Positions 53,201-64,000 of a stretch of DNA of 64,000 nt are shown here, one piece after another. Source of the DNA: Epiperipatus broadwayi (lineage: Eukaryota > Animalia > Onychophora). The position numbers and the translations under genes were made by a program. Numbering within the stretch: the stretch's first letter is position 1; the number at the start of each line of letters is the position of its first letter. The stretch is taken from contig JAQFVV010000006.1 in the NCBI GenBank assembly GCA_028023455.1, positions 18,414,001-18,478,000 of the forward strand, written 5' to 3'. A model generated the notes under the pieces. It was given only the letters and a program-made list of their open reading frames with translations. It had not been told where the DNA came from and did no database searches.

Positions 53201-55899
53201 ATACAATTACATTATTAGGTAATAATATTTCATAAATATTATATATAGCCATCATGAATTATACTCTAAAGTAACACTATAAAAGTTAATGAAAATAAAA
53301 ACTAGCAATAATCATCTAACAATAAAATTACTAAAAAAGAGTATAGTAACTTTTGACAGAGTGTCAAATTCCAAAATTAATTTAAAAGAATATATACATT
53401 TATCATATGAATATATATATATATAATATACTGTAATTACTGGAGTCTAATTGAATTAATTAAATGTGATAATGGAATCATTTTTTAAAGAAGATATATT
53501 TATTAAAATATTATAGTTTTATAATGGTAATTGCCCAATACCAATAAATTAATTTCAAAGGTCTGCTGGAATTCCATTCAACTTGCATTTATTTCTGCAC
53601 TGATCACAGCTTTATTTTTTCAGCTATAAATAATTGTATAATTAATTACTCAGGAGAAAATGTGATTTTGAGCATCTACAAGTCATTGGGGTAGGGGGGG
53701 GTTCTAAGAGTTTTTGAGATTTTTTTTTTTTTTTTTACTTGACTCATGCAGCAAATATTAATCATTACAAGTATCTTTATTTCAAATGATAGAGTTTTGA
53801 CAGATATTAATATAATTGTCAAAGCAAACTTTCATAATTATGACTTAAACATGAAACTATTAATTTCATATATTTAACATATAACTTAAAATTATTTTCA
53901 AGATCAAATATATATGAAATTCAATAATTTCATATTCAAAACATGATTATTGCAATTTATTTTGTCAATTGTTTAAAATTTGTCATTTGAAACAATGAGA
54001 TTTGTAATTTGTAATGTTATGGATTTATTTAAATATTTTTAAATGGACATAGTTAAGGGTATGTGAGATGTGTTTCATATCTGTAACACCAAAACAAATA
54101 ATCCATACAAATGCTTGATTTGGCTACTCTATCATTGTTCAAAATGTCAAAAAGCAATACCAACTAATCAAATTTTTATTGCAGTTAATTAAAAAAATTT
54201 TAGAAAGAATATCACAAAATTCTCACCCAAATCACATGCTATCAAACTTTCAGATTATCTCTTGTTTTGAAATCTGTAAGAATTTAGTCATTAAGATAGC
54301 AGTATTTGAATTGCATTCAATCAAATTAATTTCTTTTTCTATTGAATAACTACCCTGTAATTTAAAAGAATATATATCCATTTTGTTTATCTGGTATGAT
54401 TTTTTTTAAAAAAGAAATTTATGCTGAAGAAAAAATATACATTTCTGTTTCACATATTCTGCAAAGTTTTTTTAAATTTTATTTCCAAACTATCAGTGAA
54501 AAGGATTTTTTGTTATATATATATAATATTTAATTAAATGAATTGATTGATTCAAACATACTATCTATTCATCTTTCCATGATAAGCTTTTTGTAATCCT
54601 GAGAAATCACAGAGTTGAAGCCCTTACTATGAGGTAATGTTTTATATTATTACAATATTAACAACACTGCCCCTTCCCCCACTCCAACACAAACACACAC
54701 TTATAAACTTTACTTTTCTATGGTTTTAAATAACTACATAGAAAGGGTTTGGGAAGATTTTCATTTTTGTATAATATTTTAAAGTAAAATCTATTATACT
54801 TTATCGTTTAGTTTTTATTATGTAAGGGGTCATAACAATCAACCCTTAGGTTATCAGCAATCTACATTTATAAACCTATTACAACCTTGAGAAATTTGCT
54901 TTTATTGTCTTACTTTTACATAAGGGAATTAATAAATGGTCAGTATTTTACTATATGCAAACAATCTGTCAAAACTTATAACTTTAAGCATTAAAATAAT
55001 CTTTCTTCTGAATTTCGTCAAAAAAATAAAATAATTGAATGGTTCGTAATTTAAGAGATCATATTGTGAACATTGGAAGTGGAAGAAGCAAGATATAATC
55101 TATAGACCTTTAATTCTCCAAGTTCATCATTCTGCCACTACTCTAAATTATGTGGGATGTTAAAAACATAAATGAGTAAGAAAACTATCAGTTTGTCAAC
55201 AATTACTTTTAAGCTACATAAGATCATCAATATTTAAAAAAAAATAATTGAAGTCTAATAATGCTCATTATTATTATTTTTTAATTTATGAAGTTAGATT
55301 TTTATTGAATTATATTATCGTATTTACTTATGGAAATTTATGAAAAGTTGACTTAAAATATGAAACTATATAAAATACTAAGGCTTTTATTTTTGCATAA
55401 TTTTTGATTGGAAATTTTGTCTTATACAAGTCTTAATTTTTTTTTCTGGAGTTAGAATCATTAAAGATTGGTTGTTAATATTGATATAGGTACTGAAGCA
55501 CTTATGTCAAAATAACCTAGATGTTCATGTATAATGAAAAAGAATTAATTGTGAAGGGAGGAGGATTTGATTGAATAGATCATTCCATTATAACAAGCTT
55601 CAAATAGTCAGAATATTTGTCTTAGTAACCTTATGTATTTAACTGCCATTATTATATATAGAGAGATAAATTATGCATATGTTAGTATTTATGAAAATAG
55701 TATGTTAGTTCACATATTTTGTAGTCTCGTGTTAAAGATCCTTGCATATCCATTTGTTTATTGTTGGATGACTGATATTATATATAATACTTTGATACTA
55801 TGCTATTATTAGTAATATGAAAAACAATATAATAGAAAACAAAACGAACTAACTAGATTATGTATACTTTCAATGCATAAGTGTCATAATCATGATTGT

Positions 55900-56215
55900 C
55901 AGTAAGTTTGTAGTTCATTTTTAATGATTTAATATATCCATTTTTTGTTAGCTTGAATGCTATTAGCTCTCCAATTCATCATTTTTGTCATTCTTTTTTG
56001 CATATTATCTTAACAGTGCCAGGGTCAGTGTCAGGTCCATAATCCTTTTCATGGTTATAAAAGACCAATACATTTATTAAATCAGTCTTTACTTTCCTAT
56101 ACATTAATCCATGCCATGTCATTTTTTTTCTTGAGTTTGCTTTTGTTTCATCATAGTATATGTAGAGACAATTTGCCTGGCTGCACCCTACTGCATACAC
56201 AATATTAGGTCTATC
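55900..56215 (-). mobile_element. Possible Ty1/Copia RT-RNase H relic
   Basis: DRPNIVYAVGCSQ..HGLMY..LVFYNHEKDYGPDTD..NWRA resembles RPDIAYAVGxLS..GLxY..LxGYSDADWAGDxD..SWxS in order and approximate spacing. Confidence 0.4.
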
Positions 56216-58844
56216 TAATTTACATATTTTATTTTTAGTATTATTGATTAATCTATTTAAATTAATGCATGTTCTAAATCTGATATTGAAATATCTGCAT
56301 AGATTTTTTCAAATTTATTTCCAACATGTGCTACATATGATAGTGTTATCCTTATATTATATATATATATATTGGGAAGAATTATTTCTTCTCATGTTTT
56401 TTTTTCTCAGAATAACAAATTCAAACATTAGTTATAATATAAGTTTTAAACAATTTATAAATAAGAATGAAAATATATATAATTTATTAAGGGTAGTTGT
56501 AAAAGAGAGAGAAAAGTATAAGAAAAAGAAGAGTAAAAATAAATCTTACTATTTTTTTCTTTCTCTTCAGTAATTTATTGGATAGTTTTATTTTTTTTAA
56601 AAAAATAATGGGATAAATAAGTAAATTTTTAGTACTGTTTATTAGGTTTTCAAAAATGAAAATAAATAAGGTTTTAACATTTTTGTTGATATAATGTTTT
56701 AATTATTTAAAGTTGTTTTTTGCTTTTCTCTTTACCTCTAAAACAAAAGGCAGGGTTGTTTAAATGAAAGTGTAATTAAAGAAATACAATTTTTTGGTAG
56801 TTAAGAAAAAAATAACTACAAAAAAATGAGAGAAAAAAGAGAGAAATAACTTTTTCTACAAAAGTAGATTCACTTGATCAGGACTTAATGCTGTCATGTC
56901 TGAGGTAATATGTGATTGGATAGAAAACAAGATTGTTCCAAAAAAATAAGATAGGGAAGGTTAAAGCAGTATTAAGTTTTAACTAAAAGTTATGCATTAT
57001 GAAACCTCAAAATGTAGCCTGTTCACTAAAACAAAGTGGAGGAGAATATTATTAGGAGAAATCTGCAACAAGCTTTATATTCATCCAAAAGCATGACTGT
57101 CTATCCTATATTAAGCCTGTCCTGAAAATTATACTGAAAAATAGTTAAATTCAGCCCATGTGAAAACTGTCCTGCAAATTATTATATTGAAAAATGGATA
57201 AAATTAACTTGTGAATCTACTCTGGAAATTTGTTTTAAATTGGAAGTTAATATTATTTATAAAAGGTAATTTTAATCAGAAGGGATTTACTTCTTATACA
57301 CATGCTATAATATTTTAGTACTTCAATGGTGTTAATGCCAAAAATGAATAAATTCAACTTGTAATAACTCACCTGAAAATTATTCCAATTTTAATGTGAA
57401 CATTTAAAAAATAAGAATGAAAAGGTGACCTGGAAAGAACTTAAAATTATAAATTCAAAAGGATGATTAAAAGAAAATTAAAGTCCATGGTAAAAAGGTA
57501 TAGTGTGCATGTCTACATTTCCACATAATTTTTAATTAATTGGTAGTAATGAATTAATTTTTTAATCTCATTTTCCTTCCAAATTGAAAATATGTAAGAT
57601 CTTACCATTTTCATAAGTAAAGAGAAAGAGAGTTTTAATTAATTTAATTTTTTAATATGAAATGTTTTACAATTTCAATCATTGAAAGGGGAAATAATTC
57701 TGCTTAAATAGTCTGCAACAAGTTAGTGTTATTTGTTATATAAAATTAAATTTTGTTGATAAAATGTGTTAGAGTTGGAATTATCATATTGTTATGTTTT
57801 TTTGAGTTTATTACTTTATTAGTTAATTTCATTAAATAATTATTAAAAGAATATTGTTAATGTCTATATTAATCCAGCTATCTGTTTTAAGATTGGCAGT
57901 ATGTGTGACTTGGTTTCATTATAGCATTGTATTTTAAGGGATTTGTAATTTATCCCAATAAAACTTTCAGTTAAGGTAGATTAAATATAAAGATTTATAT
58001 TTATTTTGTTCACTGTCACAATCTCTAGGGTTTTTTGATCCTAAGCTAGCTCATGAACAATAATGGTTAATGTATTTATTTGGGGATTTAGGTTTGTATT
58101 TAGACATCCAGATAATTCTCTGGATGGTATAAAGATTAAGATCATTTTAAAGTCCATTTACAGCTTTTTATTTTTTATATAAATTAGAAATTAGTTGATA
58201 ATTGGTCAGTATATTTGTGGTAGAGCATTGATGATCTGCATGCATCAGGATCCCAGTATTTTTTATTATGATACTTAAGTATATGCCTGCAGATAATTGT
58301 TTGTATATCATGTCCTAAGTTTGATCTTGGCTAGAAGATAATTAGTCTGTTTTATAATGTATCTTTTTGAATCCGATCACAAGGGATGACTGATGATGTA
58401 GCAACTTATAGTTAATGTAATGATTTGTTCTATGCTGATATTCATACTCTTTTTATATTTATTTTGTTTATATTTGTCCATTGATTATTCAGTGAGTATG
58501 ATCGTGATTGTCACTGCCCTATTTCATCACATTTCAATATATATTCATTATGAGGACACACTAATCTCAGCTCAATCCATGAACAGATTCAAGAATAAAA
58601 TGAATCCACTTATTCTTGCAGTTTTTGATATATATAAGGTTAACTTTGTCAACATTGATGACATTTCTAAATGAAATTAATTTCAATATTGACTAAGAAA
58701 AGCTGCAGAATAAATGGATTAATATTCTTTATCCATTGTTCAATATTTATAGTGCTATTTGTTCAAGTCTGAAGTGAGACTAATTTTTAAAATTATATAT
58801 GTATATATTGTAGCATAATAAATATATGTATGCTAATCTTTGTT

Positions 58845-59070
58845 ATAGCCCCACTGGTTTGCGTAACAGATCAGATATGACAGGGCCGTGATAGAGTGAT
58901 CCTATTCAATGATGCCCTGCAAATTGTGGTGACATTTGTAACAGATCAAAATATGCAATGGGAAATAATAACTCTAATATAGCCTTTTTATAGCCCAGTT
59001 ATTGGTGACCCTATGTAACACTGAAAATGAGCCCTGAAGTTGGACATCATTTGTAACTGAATAAAATGTA
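58845..59070. repeat. Cluster of four degenerate ~35-45 bp repeats
   Basis: Motif GCCC..(T)TGG(T)GAC..TGTAAC(A)..AAAAT, with GTAAC at 58863, 58938, 59015 and 59053 (spacings 75, 77, 38). Confidence 0.45.
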
Positions 59071-62000
59071 AATTAAAGAAGACTGATCCTCATTTTATAA
59101 TGTTCTTAAATAATAGTATCATTTATAACAAAGTAAATATAATACACTAAGCTAATGAGTGCTAATCACTAAATAATCATTCAGTATTTAAAATAATCCT
59201 TTGTCCAATCACATATCTGACGGTTAGCTCTAACAAAACAAAACAGTAATGACAATCTTTATCATGAGTTCAAATAGCATTTTGACTAAATAGAAAACAA
59301 ACAAAATTATTGTTTCAAATACCCTAAATATAAACCTTACTTAAAATAAAGCAATTGAATCAAATATCATTGTCTCAAAACTATGGTATATGTTTAAGCT
59401 AGATTTGACATATAATCAAATGAAACTAATAATAAATCATTAAACAACTAAATCCTAATATACCTAATTATCAAACATTACTTATAGTAATATAAACTTA
59501 TACCAAAATTTAACATTATTTATATCTAAATAAAATAGTTCGTGAATGATTGAGATGACAACTTTAATATGCCATATAAGTTTAAAATATCTATAATATT
59601 TAATATTTATAAGGCCCAATAATTAATTTTAAATCCCAATTAAATGAAATAATAAATTATACTAAGTCAGTCATGCTATATTCTTATATTGATTTTACTC
59701 TTACTAATTAAGCTAGTAAAAATGAAATACTCAATAATGATGTGATATCAATGAACCTATTTGATAATCTTAAATTTATCATGTCCATCATAACAATATA
59801 TAAAAGAAACAGTAGATTTCTATTGGACATTTATTCATATACAATAACTAATCATATCAATTTATTTTTAATTTCATGTAGCTAAATTACTAAAACTATA
59901 TTAAAACAATGAAGACATGTAATAAAAATTACTAGTATTTACTATAACCAAATATGAATATTAAAATTTAATATTTAAACTCGATTTACTATATACATCA
60001 ACTAAATTTAAAAATAATCAAAGCAACCTTCCAGTTTGTAACAGAATAGATTATATTACTATCAGCTTTATAATTGAATAAGATTAATATTGACTAATTA
60101 TGAACTTAATACAATACTTATCTAATCAATAACAATTTAAATAAAACGTGCAAATATTTGACTATGATTTCCTTTATTTATTTTCAATTAATATTATTTT
60201 GTATCCTCATTAATTATCAAATCAATACCAATAAAATTTCTGTTTTAATGTGATTGTTATTTGCAAATAAATAAATAGTTACAACAACTTCTAATTATTC
60301 ATTAATCTTATATACATATTTTTTTAATTATATAATTGATATTCATTTATTAATAAATTTTAATTTAACTTAAACAAACATCTGATTAGTGTTCAAATGT
60401 GCAACATGAATTCATTGATTAATAGCATTTGCGAAGGACAAGATGAACTAAATATTAGTTGAAACAACCGTAGAATAATATGGAAAGCAAATTTCAGGAT
60501 TTCTATGATTATATATTACAGTATATATATATAAAAAAGGAAAATATATTGATCTTATTTTTTCTATTTGATTTGATTTATCGATAGTGGAGATATTGAA
60601 TTATAATGTTTAACTAAGTAACTATGGTGACCATAATATTCAAATAACATTATTATTTATTATTAATATCATCAAATCATAAACTGGTTATAGTCAGTTT
60701 TAAAAGAAAAATAAGTGAATCATAAAATAGATCTCTTGAATAAAGTTATTATATGTTTCAACTTTTATTATTACATTCACAATAGCAACTTATTTATTAC
60801 AAAATTAAATATTTTATATGTGTTTGTTTATTTATTAGTAATGGAATATATTAAAGATATATGTTAAAAACATATTTTATTAGGATGTATAGAAAATGTC
60901 ATGTGAATTTTTTGGTTTTTTTTTTTTTGAAATGAAAAGTAATACTGAAATTGTAAAACAGGATTTTTTTTATTGTATCAAAGTGTTTTCTAAAAGTCTT
61001 CATATTTATTTGCTGTAAAAACATTTTTTTTACACCAAAGAGTGACCATTGAGTTCAATTGAAGAGTTATCCTTTGATATTAGAAAAAATAAGTTATAAA
61101 TAGAACTGAACCACTTTAACTCAAGCTCTTCTATCTTTTGTCATTGTCTAGAACGGATGCTTTTAAATTCGTCTTTAGAAATTATTTTACTTTAAAAGTG
61201 AGCAATTACTAAAATATAATGGAAGAATAAAACTTAAACTGTCTGCTCATTCAGTTGAGGGCAGTTTGTTAATAAAATTCCAAGGGAAACGGCAGAATGT
61301 ATGACAAAAGAAGAATGAAAAAAAATCGTCAAAATTCATTTTTATTCCACATAAGCTATAAAATATTTCGTTATTAAAATTTGGGATATCTATATATTAA
61401 AGATTAATACAAACACCATCATATCTATATGGATATCATATTTTAGATTAGGGAATTTTACAAGAGCCACTGATCTAATTTTAATATGATATTTAATTAT
61501 AATTATATGAAAACACTAGTGATTTCTTGGGTCTTAGAAATTATGATAGCTAATTATTCCCTTCTGTTGTCCTTTTTTGTCTAAATATTTTAAATAAAAA
61601 TCTAAATCTAGCCACATTATTACTCAATATAGTGTAAAAAGTAATCATAAAATCAATAAATATTTATGAAAAATAGTTACATTTTGCTAGTTATCACTGA
61701 GGTCATTGATATGCAAATAACGCTCATTGAGTAGCAGTCAAGTGATAGTCATTTTCTCTTGACTATTTTTCTTATAAAATTTAAAGTTTATATTTAGGTA
61801 AATTAGTGTAAAAACTTAATTACAAATGTAAAAAATCGTGAGAAATATATTTATTTACATTCAAAATCTATTACAAAAGTACAAAACATTTTGGTTTTTA
61901 ATTCTGACTTTGACAGTTAGAAATGCCTGGTGAACAATGTCCAAAGTTGACAGTCAGTGCTTTGCAGCACCTTATAAGGGAAAAGAGAAGGGACTGTATG

Positions 62001-64000
62001 ACAATAGACCACAATGAAAAATCAATTTTTGGGGAAAAACACTGCCAAGTGCTGATTTTTTTTTTAGAATTAAAATTTTAAATACCGATTAAGCTATGAA
62101 TTTACTATAAAATAAGTATAAAATAATGAATACATGATTAAAAATTGCCAAGAGATGGTGCATAATATAGATATTACACTTAGATTTTGTAATAATCAGT
62201 TAAAAGCCTATATAGTCTGTTCATCTTGTCCCTCTCAAATGCTATTAATCATTGAATTTGTATGACACATTTGAACAGTAATCAGACATATTGGTTTGTT
62301 TTAAATTAAATTAAAATGTATTAATAAATGAATATTAATTATACAATAAAAATATGTATATGGTGAACAGATTGTAAACAATATATATAACCATGATCTA
62401 ATTTTATATACACTAGTTCCTCAATTGACATTAATTTCATATTTAAATGGGTAATTACACATCAATCTTCATGTATTGGATACTAAATACAAAACACAGA
62501 TGTTTATGTATCACAAATATGTGGGGAATGTTTACACGATCTGAAATACAAGAGAGTTGGAGATATTTTTTTTTATACTTCATATAAAAATATAGTTTAT
62601 TGAAATAATAATATATATATATGAATCTACTTATTTATTGATATAAATTTAAGAGAACAAAATAAATAAATACTTGTTACAATAATCTTTTTTTAACTCC
62701 TAACCTGAAGTTAATTTATAATCACTAAATAAATAAAAAAGAATACTTTACATTGAAATAATAGTTCCCATGCTGAACAGTATAAATTCAAACTTAGGAA
62801 AATGTAATTCTTGTATTTAGGAATGTGAATGGATTACTATTCAACCTAAAATTATATACTATTTATCAATAAATACTATACATTTTAAATGAAGAGAAAC
62901 AAAAAAAAAATAGCAATAATAATGATAAACATAAACAAATGACCTAAGTGATAGTTTTTAGATATAGTATTTCCAGAATAGCATCATAGTTCTGATGTCT
63001 CTATCAAATCATAATCCAATAAGATGTCCAAAGAAGATATAAATATTCAAACACATATTTTTGATTCTGATATTTTGTATATATATCCAGATTATCCTTT
63101 CAAATAATTATTATTGGTTTATATGATGTTACAAGCGCACTAACACTAGTTTGTATCCATGATGATAAGGAGAAATATCCTTTGATGAGCAAATATTTAT
63201 CTCAAAATATTATGAATCAATAGATGCTATCCAGAATGTTATAATGGAAAATTAAACCTATTCTTATCTTAGATAAAAATGGTTAATAGGTCTAATAAAA
63301 TTACACTGGCAAATTAATGTGGTTCTTGTATAAATTCTGACATCGCTGGCATTTATTTATATTCTGTTATTAAAATATAGGTAACATCCATTTTAAAGAA
63401 TAAAGACATTCAGATGGTTTATAATGCAATGAAACATTTTCAGTTATTTTTAGTTTTTATAATAAATTGTTGCTCCTCAAATCTTCGACAAGCTTCCTAG
63501 TTCATGGGTAAACAATATTGCTTTCCACTCCTGCATTTTGTGCAGTTAACTATAGACTTTTAAAATAAATAAAAGAAAATCATGGAAAGAAATTTAGGTG
63601 TGCTTCTCTTAAAATTAAAACAAGAGAGAGAGAGAGGGCTTTTTTTCGATTCAGCCCTATTTATAACTTTTCCCATTTATATTGTAGACAACTATTTAGC
63701 TCAAAATTAACCCTGGTCAGTTTTAAACAAGATCTCTCTAATAAAAATTGTATTATACAAAAAAATATAAACAAACATTTAAGTTTCAATAATACAAATA
63801 CTAATTTCCATTCCAATATACTTCTCAATATATTGCACTGAAAATATATTTTTCATACATATATCTTCCCAGTATAATATTACACAAATAAAAAGAACAA
63901 ATATATTTAAAATATTAAACATTTACTTATATCTGTTATAATTTACTATAGTATTGCACTATGAAACATACATTAACAAGAGAATAAGAATTTTATCCAA

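Noticed and set aside
54590-56905. Next myosin exon among exon-like islands at ~54587-54633 and ~56867-56903
   Set aside because: The translations do not resemble the expected ..EEKQKAA..F..L.. segment, and the second island does not fit the required phase 0. The next exon probably lies beyond the window.
58845-59070. CRISPR-like array
   Set aside because: The repeats are highly degenerate and irregularly spaced, there are no cas genes, and the context is a eukaryotic intron.
59100-60400. Firm NUMT call (ND1/ND4/ND5 or rRNA)
   Set aside because: Only short, mutually inconsistent motif resemblances with wrong spacing were found. It is kept only as a low-interest lead.

Overview
This is AT-rich animal genomic DNA, probably an arthropod (inferred from composition, TE content and the myosin sequence). 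There is no prokaryotic content and no CRISPR array. The only host gene I can support is a class XVIII unconventional myosin (Myo18A/Mhcl-like) on the + strand. Four motor-domain exons (18930-19140, 33466-33608, 37502-37602, 51655-51715) join in frame through GT-AG introns of 3.9 to 14 kb, and there is a candidate 33-nt microexon at 11445-11477. The introns are packed with transposons: two full-length RTE-clade LINEs with target-site duplications (TSDs), many decayed LINE pieces, three Penelope-like element (PLE) coding relics, a hAT transposase relic, a MITE, tRNA-type SINEs and a possible Copia relic. The most striking signal is a dense set of self-cleaving ribozyme motifs. (1) A complete HDV/CPEB3-like ribozyme fold starts exactly at the first base of the + strand RTE, in the sense of the myosin pre-mRNA. 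(2) About a dozen minimal hammerhead motifs (intact to decayed) fall into 3-4 sequence families. Many sit in ORF-less fold-back (palindromic) elements carrying an outward-facing hammerhead pair. Two of these elements also show terminal redundancy with periods of 447 and ~382 bp, as expected for copies of a circular or tandem RNA template (retrozyme-like mini-PLEs). All folds were done by eye and none has been tested experimentally.
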